A DNA stretch of 63,993 bases, counting the filler, from Catajapyx aquilonaris (lineage: Eukaryota): the NCBI GenBank assembly GCA_000934665.2. It is 3 parts of 3 records of this genome, joined end to end, with 100 filler letters (N's around TTAATTAATTAA, not from the genome) between each part and the next. Parts side by side here need not be neighbours in the genome. Positions count along the whole stretch, not along the records: positions 42,783 to 63,993 come from KZ539479.1; 2 more parts are not named here. One strand, given 5' to 3'. The position numbers were made by a program, and so were the translations under genes. Under the pieces are notes generated by a model, which saw only the letters and a list, made by a program, of their open reading frames with translations, was not told where the DNA came from and made no database searches. This document shows positions 49,023-61,800 of the stretch, piece by piece (within the stretch, counting starts at the first letter, position 1; each line of letters opens with the position of its first letter).

Positions 49023-52000
49023 AATGAGCAGAAGAGGGTCCGCTTAGAGAGCCAGGTGGTGGGCATGATGGACGACATGCCGGCCGTCAGCCGCGTGTAC
49101 CTCAATGTTCATGTACTGCTGTTGGACATCCTTCCTTACCTGGTTGACGTATTGCTGCAGCCAGACCTGCGTCCTGTGAGTTTTTTTCTTTTCCAATTGG
49201 GTCACCTGATGTAATGTTTTATACTACATTATCCCACATAGAGCGGCTTGCTGGTATAAGTGGGGTAATTTTCGTGATTTTTACCTCCCCTTCGAAATTA
49301 CCGGAATTTCCAATGAATTAAGCACAAGTACTGTACTTTCAAATATTTAAGCCGTCAAAATTTTTTTTGTAGTTTTCTGCTAATTTGCACCAAAAAGTTC
49401 TAGCCGAATCAGAAAAGTTGTAGCCAAAACCTAAATGGACCCGATGATCGTTTATGCACCGTTCGTCTCAGGACGCAAGATTCCATCGAGATTCCCTACT
49501 CGCCACTAGAAGGATAAGGGATTTTGCGATGATTTCTTATGAAATCGACTTTGACTTGAAATTTCACGCTTGTCAGGTTCTGATTCACTTTCACTTGAAC
49601 CATTGTGCCTTAGGACAAGTGCATGATTATGTACGTTGCTGTAGATAACGGATGTTTCACCTGTCCATTCAGGTGAATACTCATCTATACAGTGGAGCTG
49701 AACGAGAGCGTCTGAATGCAGTTGTTCAGATGATGCTGGCCTTCAGCCTTGACTACGTCCAAGAACGCTCTCCAGATGGACAATACCAGTTTAACTTGCG
49801 GCCTAATCTTGAAGAAGTGGTTCGTTTTCCTGGTGGCAACACTGTGCGGGCGCTGGGTTATACAGTGCGGCAATTGGTATCACGGGAAGTAGAAACGGAG
49901 AGGATGCGAAGGGGTCAAACAGCTCCAGGTTTCACAGTCACCAAAGGACGGAAGCAGCAGAAGGCGGAGGAGGAGGAGGCAGCCTTGCAGCCAAAGAAGA
50001 AGGTTGCAAGAGTAAGTGCTAAATATTGTGATAAGCTTATACTAGTGAATGCCTATATACCCATTTGCAAGCATCAGACCACAAAATATTTTTCAGAGCA
50101 TCATTTGCAAATGATTCTCTGAAAAATATTTTGTGGTCTGCTGCTTGCGCAATGACTTGTAAAGACTCGACTGATCTTATTTGCAAGCCATTAGATATTT
50201 GAAATTGATGCAGGTTGACAGAACCAGATTCCCTATTTTATCCTGCAAGCCACGCTTCCGGACGACAAGTTTTGCGAATTGCTCCGAGCGTCCAGGCGAC
50301 TCAAAGAAATTCATGTCCACGTTGAAAACATTCCGTCGTGTTGACCTGACCACATAAGCCTGTAATTACGGATCATGACCCAAAGTCTCTCTAGCCGATG
50401 TTTGCACTTCTCTGACGTCCCGGATTCGGATCCCCCCCACATATAGACCCCCTCCAAGTTGGTATATAGAAAATGATCAGGGCGTGGGGTGGTGTTGGTT
50501 CCGGATTGGTGGGGAGTGTATTCAACATGGAAGAGGGAATAAGGGCCTGGAGGGTTTTTCTGGAGAGTTGAGGGGGTGTATAGGAGAGGGGTGGATCCGG
50601 TCCATTACCCGCCGTGCAGAAGGAGAGCGCACTTCCGGAGTTTGCCGGACAAGAGGAAAAGAAGGGCGGCGCTTGGCACAAAACCGCCCCGGATAATTTA
50701 TTTAACTGCGCCTCTTACTCAGCTTCCTTCTTCTTCTAGTCCTGGACCAAAAAAAAAGAGGATGAGTGGAAGGATGGGGGGGGGAGGGCGTTCAATGAAT
50801 TATCCGGAGGGGGAGTTCCCGGATTGTTGGCGCAGTCAGTCACAAGATTGAAAAGGAAGAAATGTTGAGTAGATGGGGGGATGAGGGGGGTGAGTATCCT
50901 GAAGGAATGGGAGTGGTTAGGTTGGGGGAGGAAGAAGGTTATGAAAGTCAATGTGATCCGTCCGGATTGGGCCAGTAATAATGGATAGATTGACTCCCAG
51001 ACCCGCAATCATGCTGGAGGGTATCTTTTCCATCATTTCTCTCTTTTTTTTTTTGCAAACCCATGGTCCGTATTGGCGTGCAGTTGAGTTGGCGCCAACT
51101 TTTTATGCGGGACTGCTCCAGCCTGCGCTAAAGGCTGAATATGGTTTTTAACACTTAAGTAAAACTTAGTGGACTCGAAGGGTTTAAGATGCTTGATAAG
51201 TGAGTGGTTAATCAAATCTCGCTCAGATATTGGGGAGAAAATTATTGCGCATAAACTACTGATATGTACCATGGGGCTCAAATTCTTTTGGCCACTTTAT
51301 CCTGATCTTGAAGCAACCCTTAGCATCTAGGCCCCACGGTGAGAAAGTGTGTGTGTGTGTGTGAAGGGTTGCTTCAAGACCAGGATAAAGTGGCCAAAAG
51401 AATTTGAGCTCCATATAGTACATAGCATGTGTCTTACAAGATACCGGGTAATTCACTGGACTGTTACTCAGCATTGTTTATTCTTGCATGTGTAATTTGA
51501 ACATAATGGCAAACTCGACAAAAAATTATTGTACGAGTCGTAACATAATGTGCAAATCACATTTAAGGAATGTGCTCATCGTGACAACATTCTCGACCTT
51601 CTGATTAAATAATCCCTTTTTTTAAGCCAGATTTTCTCGCCAAATAAAACATCCGCGAAAGAAAACTCCAGTGGCAAAAGAGGGGCTCCATCCGGGCGGG
51701 CCTCTTGAGGAAATTTCGGGGCTCATTATCCGGGCCAATCGCCCGCATTTTATTACCCCTCCTTTCCCACTTCCCATTCTCCCCTATTCACATGCTAATA
51801 CTGGCAAGAGTATGAAGGGAGTGGGTGCTTGGGGGCTGAGGCGTAGGAAGGACCTCAATCTTGCTCCTCCTCAACCAATATCCAGACTGGATTTCGGCAC
51901 TCACAAAAACGTCAAAAATCCTTTCAGCAGCTCGAATTGGATGCAATTTGGATCCTTTCCGTGTCACTTGCACCGCGACAGTGCGCAGAAAAAAAATAAT

Positions 52001-54621
52001 ATTCGAGTTGGAGGAATGAAAGTTATGGAGGGGGTAAAATATGGAAAAGTAAGTTAGGACGTCTGCGTTTTCTTTTCCATTTCCATTTCAGTCCGTTTTT
52101 TTCCGCTCCAGACGGATTGCACCCCATTGCCATGTATATTTGTAAGTTACCCTCCATTTCATCGGATGGGATGAAATGACGTGCAACTGGAAATAAATTT
52201 GATGCGGGCACTAGACGAGGAGTAAGATTCTCTTGATGTGCTGCAGTGTGTGCTTCTGAGACGTTCAGGGTAAAGCAAGTGGCAATTAATAACATGTCAA
52301 CTCTCGATGATCTATTCTTCTATTGATAATAATTATTCCAATCATGTCAGGCGCCACATGGGATTATTTTTTATGCCCTAAGGTGTGCAGAAGTGCAGTA
52401 ATTACCAAGAAATTTTTAAAGTTGGAACACTTTCCACTTTTCAGAATCTAGCAGCATATCCTATCTGCTGACTATCATCATTCTCATTAATATTTCGCCT
52501 AATACTGTCCACGATGTTTGTTTGCGCTGGAAGTTACCTCTCTGCCCACTGGGTGCGCCACCTCCCTGCTTAGCCCCCCTCCCCACACACCTTCCGCAGT
52601 TCCGCTAGACCGGCTAGAGGGTGCTCCACACGCTGCCAGGTGGCGCTCCTGTACAGTTACTGCTCGCTACGGGTACCCTTACCGCGTGCACCGAAGGTGC
52701 ACCAGCCACAAGCCCTGTTTATGCACCTTAGGTGCATTAACAGGCTTGTATGTAATACAATGTGTACCTGGGGAATATCTTGAAAATTAATTGCAATTAT
52801 TGTGCAGTTCATTACTGCATGTGTCTTGATGTCAAAGATAAAGTAAGTGCAGTTTTGTCGTGCCCTCAAATGAATAGATAGCCTACTTCGCATTTCATGT
52901 GATGTGAAAGATTATACGATATCTGTTTAAACCTATTTAAACTGCTATATTTGATGCAGGCGCCCAATTTGCATGACATTCAGACATGTTTTAACACGCT
53001 TGGGAGGCCGAATAAATCATTCCTTGTATATCATGGATAAAATGGGTGCTCCTTAACCCCTCTTCTTTTATCTCTCCTGCTCCCCACTGAGAGATATCGA
53101 CTTTTCCAAGGGAGGAAGGAATAATATCCCGGGCCAGAAAAAAAGGAGATCGTCGAGGCAGGCGAAAGATTATTCTTCCTTTTGGGCAAAGAGCCGGGCC
53201 ATTAGGGGAAAGTTATCGCTCGTAATATATTTAAACAATTATCGCCTCTCCCGCACTACCCCCCATGTTCCTTACGTTTTTTTGGGGCCTGGAGTAGGGG
53301 AGGGATAAAGGTTTCCCATAATGCCCCCTGCTGGTGCCTGATGGTGGCGCCCCCTTTTTGCTCACTCCATTTAGCAGCAGCCAGAAGGCCGAGATTTGTC
53401 ACCGGACGGCCTCTCGGTACAGTCCAAGGCAAGTCTATGGGACAAATGTATACGGCTATCCAAAAATTGCGGCCATTATTTACGTTAGTGCGGGGCTTTT
53501 TCGACCGTGAGCCTCGTTTTTTTTTTAATGCATTAAGGAGCGTTGAGTTACAGATTGGGGCAGTTTTGTTGTAAATGGAGGCACATAATGGAATAGTATA
53601 AAATGTGTCTACGTTAACTGTAATGTGAAGTGTGCAGTTATGGTTCCATACCTTACACCATGTACCACATACAAATACTGTAAAAGTAAATGAGCCACCA
53701 GAATATTTCATGTAACTTGTAATGGGGACAAGAAAATATTTCATTAGACGATGAATGTCACCTTCCATGACCTCAATTTCGGAAAATGGGGACTCTTTTT
53801 ACATGGCCGTACTGGTATACAGAGTCGGGTAATTTAGATGTAATTTCATTACATCAAATTAATAATCATCCATCCCACACAGCTCGCCACATTTTCATCC
53901 GCCGTCGTTTCATTGGTTGATGCCGGAGTTTTTTTTTTTTACTAGTTATACTGTCATAATTGCTGAAATTATTGCAGACCCATTTGAAATGTTAATGGTT
54001 AAAGGCCATGCATTATCCAAATATTGGCTGACAAAAATAACAACGATGCAGGACACTGTAATACTGTATTTTATCGCTCCGCTATTGAAAGCCGATGGCA
54101 CATTCAGGAGTTTAAACTGTTGAACACCCAAATAATACAATAAACTGTCGCCTAATTGCGACCCAGTAATTACGTAAATAAAGCAATTCATTAAGGGCCA
54201 ACTTATAACTTAAAACCTACCACACAACATTCAAGGTCTCTTCACAAGCTCGCGAGAACACGTCTTTCCGAGCGAATTCGACACATTTTAGTTCGGACGG
54301 GAAGTCAACGGGCGAATGGGATGCGACAATTTATTGGCTTCTCGCGTTCACTACGACTATTCTCGCTAGATCGTGAACACATCTTCAAAGTTAAAATAGA
54401 GCGGAGCAAACAAAAATTGTTCGAATTTTCTTAATAGTTTTGGCAACCTGCTTTTTGTTTCATTGCAGAAGGTGCGGCCACAATTCTTCACGAAACTTTC
54501 TGATGGTAAGTCTAAGGCACCCGTGAAAGTGGGCCCCAAGCGGAGTCCCATCTGGTTCCATTTCAAAGAGGGATACAGCAATGCAGTGCGTCGAACTATC
54601 CGCATCAGAGACTTTCTGTGA
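49023..54621 (+). CDS. CHTF18: Chromosome transmission fidelity protein 18 (CTF18-RFC large subunit), last three exons
   Basis: Exons 49023-49175 (LLLDILPYLVDVLLQPDLRP), 49673-50011 (VNTHLYS..ERERLNAVVQMMLAFSLDYVQERSPDGQYQFNLRPNLEEVVRF...LVSREVETERMRR) and 54469-54621 (IWFHFKEGYSNAVRRTIRIRDFL*, the conserved Ctf8/Dcc1-binding tail); phase-0 joins. Confidence 0.94.
50067..50148. repeat. 82-bp spacer-less palindrome in a CHTF18 intron
   Basis: 41-bp arms, 39/41 complementary. Confidence 0.85.
51263..51424. mobile_element. Hairpin MITE, copy 1
   Basis: ~55-bp TIR ...TTTTGGCCACTTTATCCTGATCTTGAAGCAACCCTT; (GT)n in loop; homologous to 56711-56868. Confidence 0.85.
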
Positions 54622-56710
54622 TGTCATCAAATATATGTGAAGCATGATTTCATTGTTACATTACTGGTACTCAGGCCCTGTTGCGTCAACGCAAAATTAA
54701 GGGAAAATCTCAGATTATGTGTTGTCAAGTTTGTACATAATCAGGGATTTTTCCTTGTGTGTTGATACAACAAGCTCTCAGTGTCCTTTGAGATAACATG
54801 TGATTTCAATTGCTATAGAGTGTAATTGGGGTAGAAAAGATGCTTTCGATTTTTACTACCCTTATTAAATTCCATATAGCTTCTGAATATTTTAATACTG
54901 GAATTTGGTGACACCTTACTTGCTTACTAGATTAATGCGAAGAACGGGGAGTGCTGTATGTAGCATCGATCCTACATGTTGATCATGCCTATACGTGAAG
55001 TGTGAGTGCAGCTCCAAATGTGCGGCATTATTCAGTCATTATTATACAGATGTCATTGTCTGGTAGGCTGGAGGAGTTTACATTGTTGTGGGAATGAAAA
55101 TCCAATCAGTTCTTCCACCATGCGTTACTCTACATCAAATAATTGGAAAGTCACATGAAACTACTGGTCACGTTGGCGTTGCAATGTATCATAGGAGCAG
55201 GACAATGTAGTCCAAGAGTACCATGTGGGATTCATTAATTTGGGCAAATCTGCTACTTTTTGTAATGGTAGCAGTAGTTTATGTTAGTAACGTGTTGCAC
55301 CTCCTGGAACAAAAGTTGAATCGGATCCTTATCGGAAGCAATTTTGCATACGCTTTTGGTTGGTAATCACATTGACTCCCTGATTTTAAGGCATGCCAAG
55401 AATTCCTTCGAACATTGCATGTGTACGGTTCTCATATACCTCCCGGATGCATTTACGAAATTTTCACGGAGACGGATCTGGTTCCACTTTCATTCCACCA
55501 TGCAATGGTATAGATACATCTCTTTGGACACCACAAGAAGGGTAGGTAAATGGTGATCAGAAGTTGACCTATGCGACGGTATTTCCCCCAAGACGTTGTA
55601 AGGGAAGTAACATGAAAATATGTCGAAATAAATATTGTGTTGATTATCTTGCTACTGTACAGTAAGTTGTGGTTCTCTTTTATTTTTTATCAATTGCGAA
55701 ATGTGTATGATCACAAATCACTTCCACTGAATTGAAGGGCAAACTTGCCTTGTCATCCTCATGATGGGGTGTACACTGCATTTTGGAAGTGTAAGGTAAC
55801 CTCAGGGGTGTGGTCATGTGTTCAAGAAGACCACTTTCGCTTGCTGTCCACGTTGAGAAATGCATAACGATATGATTTTACCTTCCATAATTCACCCCAT
55901 TGTGATATACAGGGTGTTTCTTACTACTGTAGTAGGTCAACCGGAAGTCAGTGTGTTCCTTGGCCCAAACTATGTCTAATACATAGGTGGAAGAATGGAG
56001 AAACGTCGAGGGACACACTGGTAACGCCGTATAGACGACCAGAAACATTGACCTACCCTTAGGCACATAAGGCAGTGCACATAAGGCAGTTAGTCCCTAA
56101 TTGAAAAAAAGGGGGGGGGGNAAAAGTACTACTGTATACACCTCTCGAGCATTTTTTGCCAACCCGAAGCTTTTATCTAGCGTTACATAGCCTTTTCATT
56201 GTCTCGAGTATTTTTCATTCGTACGTATATTCATATGAAAATTGCATACCGGATTACTTATTCCAATTCAGGTGTTGATGAGAAACTGATTGGCTGCTTT
56301 GGCTACATTATCTAAGTTTTAAACTGTGGTCGGCACATAAGCCTTTGAGAGATTTGATGGCTACTGCAAGAATACAGCGGAACATTTTGTGTCATACCAT
56401 GGTTTCACATGCTTCCTCTGTGTATAAGATCGTAATGCATGGGTCAGTAGTGATCAAGGAGTTCCTGTTACCTATGGGTAAGCCTAATTTTTCAGAGCTC
56501 ATAAGGAACATTGCGTATTGTTGCAGGATAATTATTGTTTTGAATGGTTGGAGACAGTGGTTGACATAATAATAAAGATACACCCATACCATTAATGGTC
56601 TACTTTCAGTGATGCAACTGGGTCTCCTTGTGATGATCATAAGTAATTTTATGCAGAATATACGTAAGTTATGTGTAGTGTATTTACAGCTGTATTTTTG
56701 TCCCAGGCGA

Positions 56711-56868
56711 GTACTATCGGGTTGAAATACTTTTGGCCACTTTATCCTGGTCTTGAAGCAACCCTTCGCACAGACCCCACGTTAAGGAGGTGTGTGTCTG
56801 TGTGTGTGTGGGAAGGGTTGCTTCAAGACCAGGATAAAGTGGCCAAAAGTATTTGAACCCGATAGTAC
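56711..56868. mobile_element. Hairpin MITE, copy 2
   Basis: GTACTATCGGGTT..TACTTTTGGCCACTTTATCCTGGTCTTGAAGCAACCCTTC mirrored at the right end. Confidence 0.85.
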
Positions 56869-58394
56869 ATAAGTCTAGTCTGGAGTCTAGACACATCTGA
56901 ACATAATCAGAAAATATGTACGCTACAGCTTTGTTGGAGGTCTTATTTCACGCTAAGAATGCAAAATGAGAAAATCTCAGAGGGTATTTTCATATTTTGT
57001 GCCTGCCATTATTCATATTAAAACTACTTTCTTACCTCATTGAAGGGGAAAGCTTCAAATTCCACACCGCAATATCCTGAATATCCAGATCCACCCTTCA
57101 GTCTCCCCTGTGCAACGAAATGCCTAACTTCCAGGATAAACCGGGAAGCCCCCCCCNNNNNNNNNNNNNNNNNNNNNNNNNNNNNNNNNNNNNNNNNNNN
57201 NNNNNNNNNNNNNNNNNNNNNNNNNNNNNNNNNNNNNNNNNGTATGATCCACATTCCCGGAACAAGATCCAGTTTCATAGGCTAGGAAGTGATTCTCCAG
57301 TGGGGCCTCCGGATTTTCTCCTCAGATCCACCCGGAGCCCCGCCTACCCCATCCAATCCTAAGGGGGACTATGGGATCGATATGCTCCGCCTACCAAAAA
57401 CCCACACCCTTTCAATTTATTTCGCAGACGATGGAAAGGGAGGGGGATGTATAGACAGGATGGGAGGGGATCCCATTTTTCACCCCAGCCCTTGTTGTTA
57501 TGGAAAGAGATTGACAGAGTTATCTGTAGAGGGTTTATTGCCTTAAGTCTACATCACAGTTGTAAACATCCATCATGGTGGAAAGGGGGATGTGGGAATT
57601 TGGGGCTAAGTGAGTTGGGGTTTGGGAGAAAGTACAGTCGCTAATTATTCATAAGAAATAAATAATGAGGACTACAACTCTGTCCTAAGAACTTTTTCTC
57701 TCTAATAACATCGATTAGGTGGAAAAGGTGAACATGGCCACCCCCTTTTTTAAGGTTTTGCTTTACACTATTTTTGCTTTTCGTTGGTGGGAGGTGAGGG
57801 ATTGTAGGAATCTGTACACCGTTGCGTTTCGGTAGGGTATTTTCTTATGTGACTAGAGTGAGGAATGGGCCTGGACATACATTTCCAGGTGTCAACAACA
57901 ATAAGGTGCGAATAATGGAATAACGCGAGACAGAAGAATGACGAACATGTGTCACAGGATGAAGGAAAGGAAGGAGAGGGGCTAACGCAATTGAGAGTCA
58001 CTAAGAGAGGTTCAAGTGTAACAATGGTGGGGGGTTGGGGGGNGTTTCTTATCAAATTTTTGCAGGCAATATACGATTCTACTATAGGGCGCGAGGTATG
58101 TAGTTCAGGGATTTGCAGCTAACCTCTTTAGGGAGGTACCGATCAGCTAGTATTTACTTATACGCAGTCTGAGTAGGAATTGGGACTGATTTTTTGATGG
58201 CTTTGGTTATAAACTAGTGCTGGCAAAAAACTGGAGGTAGGTGGGGTTTTGAAGGGTCACATCAGGATCGTACAGTGGTAGAACATGAGCTGACATTAGC
58301 AGGAGGTAGAGCTGAAGGGAACCAGGGGTCAGCAAGTGTGGACTAGGGCAGGATGGTAGGTATAGAAATTATGAGAATGTACAGGACGTAACTA

Positions 58395-58748
58395 ACAAGG
58401 GAATGACCAAGGGTTGTCGCCTCCGAATTGGCTGATTTGCATGATGGGTCAATCATGTGCCATAAACACAGTGGTGAAAGTCCTAAATGGCAATGTCCAG
58501 CCGTTTCCGAGATATGAGCGACAGAAGCATCCGAATTTTACCCGCGTGTACAGGGGTCGGGCGGGGAAGGGACAAGTACAAGGCCCCTATACGCGCTGCC
58601 AAAAGTCGGATGTATTGTCGCTCATATCTCGGAAACGGCTGAACATTGCAATTTAGGACTTTCAGCACTCTGTCTATATGGCACATGATTGACCCCTCAT
58701 GCAAGTTTCAGCCAATTCGGAGGCGACCACCCTGGGTCATTCCTTTGT
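58395..58748. mobile_element. Fold-back MITE (~355 bp) just downstream of the DRGX stop
   Basis: Arms 58395-58557 and 58583-58748 are reverse complements, e.g. CAGCCGTTTCCGAGATATGAGCGACA / TGTCGCTCATATCTCGGAAACGGCTG. Confidence 0.88.
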
Positions 58749-58887
58749 AAGTGATGTAGGATGAGAGTGAAGAGGGGACCAGAAGGAGGTGAGCAGGAGG
58801 TGTACCGCCAGAGAGAAGGTAGACGTGCCTGACTTGAACGGAGGTAGATCGGTGGTGGTGGAGCCGGAGTGAACTTTATGAACCCTG

Positions 58888-61800
58888 CTAGTCATTCTTG
58901 GGGGAAGGTGAGGTGGGAGTGGGTGTGGGTGTGGGTGTGGGTGGCGAGGTGTTGTGTGGGTTGTGGTTGGCCGTCAGGAGGTGGTGATGGTGGTGGTGCA
59001 GCGAGTGCAGGAGCGCGGCTGAGTGCTCCTGTGCCTTGCGTCGCAGCTCGGCCACGGAGGATGACCTCTGGTCCAGGGCCGCCCCCAGGTGGTGGTGCGT
59101 GTGGGGGTGCGAGTGAGGGTGCGTCGATGGATGCGGAGGGGGCGCCAGGGCCGCTGCTGCTGCCGCAGCCGCAGCCGCAGCCGCCGCTCCGACGCTGCCC
59201 TTGACTCCGCAGCAGGAGCAGAGGGCGCCAAATCCCTTGAGGGCAGGGAATAGCGAGGGTGCCAGCTGGGATGTCAGATGGGGCGGGAAGAACAAGGGCG
59301 CTCGGGGGCCACCCGCTCCTGCTGCAGCTTCCACCACCGGCCGGAAACTCGCCCTAAGGAAAGACAGGGTCAAACTGATCATTATTGCGTTTACTTGTCA
59401 ATATGTACAATATTGTTGCAGAGAGCCTCTAGGAAGAGAATCGCCAACTTCTGATTGCCTGGAGTAATATTATTGGCTGTTTACGTGCCTTGTGGAGGCC
59501 GCCATCTTGCCTTTCTATGAAAAAGTGACCGGCTCTGACGTCACGGTCGACTGCTATTGGGTGGAGTAGGGTACAGGCCTTCTGGCTCCGCCAATCAGAA
59601 ACGACGTGACGTCAGAAGTTGGCGACTCTCTTCCTAGAGGCTCTCTACAGCGTACGAGTATACCGGTAACATACTGTAATTATGTCACACGTGGCACAGT
59701 AGAAGTGAGGTCTACCTTATTTGACCTACTGAACCTCCATCGAGCTTGCTACGGGCTACTCGTTCGTAACATGAGACGCCGCACTTTTACCTATATGTTC
59801 CAAGGCATGTATCTGCTGAAGGAATAGGCGACTAGGAGTGTATCCGCCACGCCGGGAAGGAAGGTTAGGTCATGGGGTAGGTTGGTGCAGCGTGCGCCTA
59901 CCTCTGCCACATTCGCTCTCCCATTACGAAAGACGAAAGTCCTTCCCTTGCTATGTTCATGAGAGACGAAACTGGGCGAAGCACCTATTTACCTACAAAC
60001 GGATTCGATCCAAACCTTTCAGTGCTAATGAGGCCACTATTGAAGTCACACCGCTCGAGGCCTTTTTTGGAGTAATGAACGGTAAATGAGTAAGCAATAA
60101 TGCTGCACGGGTGAAGGAAGGCAAACTGGCAAAAGTGTGTCTGAAATTCGCCATAAGAAATAACCTTGTTTACAGCTCCAGGAGGTGCACTAAAGGGCCC
60201 CGTTATTGACAGGAAACATCCAAGCTCTGTCGGTTGTTGCCGGCGGTACTTTTTGTCTGCTTACGGTTGCAAAATTCTCCCTTGCCCGACCAAGTGCGAA
60301 GGCTGGAAACTGCCTCTTGTCCCGGACAAAGATGTCAGATTGTCCGAAAGGAGCCTGACTTCCGGTCCCGGATACGATCCAGCAATCAAATGGGGGAACG
60401 GGAGTTTGGCAAGTAAGAAATGAGGCGTGAGCTGACTACTAGTGGGGAATAGCTCTCCCATAATGCATTGCGGAAAAAGGAGGGGGGTTGGGGGGTGGGA
60501 CAAGGGGGAGGACAGAGGGTGTAATGGGGCAACGGGAAGTGATTCAGGAGCCAAATGGGATCGGGTAGGAAATGGAGCCCGTCCGGGTAATCATGTCCCA
60601 AACTCCCTTGTTTCTTGTAGCTTCCCCGGATCCGATGAGTTGGATTCAACCGACTGCAACAGGTTTTCGGGGGTGGATTCCGGATGGGTCTAATTGCACT
60701 CCGGGCCCCATTTAACTGATGGCAGACTGTAAGAGCCGGTGCTTACAAGAACGGAGCGTCATTAGCGGCGCTTTGTTTTCTAATCGACCGGGACTGGTTT
60801 ATATCTGTCTGATGCTGCGTTGTGTCGGTCAAGTGTTGTTGGGGGTATTGCAGGGATTTTATTGTCAAGGAGGGACTGGCATGCTGTGAGGGCCTACACG
60901 CGTCATTCAATGGGTTCTGACGAGATTCTGCCCAGCGGTATCCCGGAGCTGTATGCACAACCTTCAGCACTCGAGCACTGTTGTTAGAGTGATGAGGATT
61001 GCATAACGCCGAACTTTCATCGACATTGGTGTCCGATAGTGTCAACGTGATTTTATGTAATATCAGTACAGTAATACCCAATCTAATTTGGATTGATATA
61101 ACATGCTTTCGTTTCAATATCAGTTGCAGTCTGGATCAGATATGACTCGGTATAGGCGACTGTTGGACACATTAAAATGATTCTCCGAATTTTATATGCG
61201 GATTTATTTTAAAAAGTGATAAAGTATTAATATATTCATATACATGCGTAAATTAAATCACCGTAAATTGCGAGTTCGCTCTAGGCTTAATATAATGTTT
61301 ATGAACTGAATTAACGCCGTGATAACTTGGCTTTCAAAAGCACATTTAACGATACGCTAATTTCATAATCCTAGCCGCTAATTCCGTTGGTGCTAACGAA
61401 CATCAGCAAAAAAATAAAATTGATGTTCATGTGAAACATATCAATAATTATGTTTTCTACGTGTTGCCACTAGTCATATGCAGATTTGTGATTCTCGCAA
61501 TGATACTGTGTCGGTATACCGGAGCATAACCAGCTTGACTATATCAGTAGGCTACCAAAATTCCGCAATCCATCATGACACTTACGTGTCGAGGAAGGCC
61601 GCCGGGAAGAGATGCGGGGCGAAGGAGGTGATGTTGGGCAGATGGGGCCTATTAGCCGCAGCCACGACGCCCGCGACGCTCCCGACGCCCCCCGACAGAT
61701 CCGCCTGCGAGGTGGCAGGTGGTGGTGGCGGAGGCGGGGGCGGGGGCGGGAGAGGAGGGGCCACGTGGACGCTCGGCGTCGGAGGAGTTGCCATCGCTCG

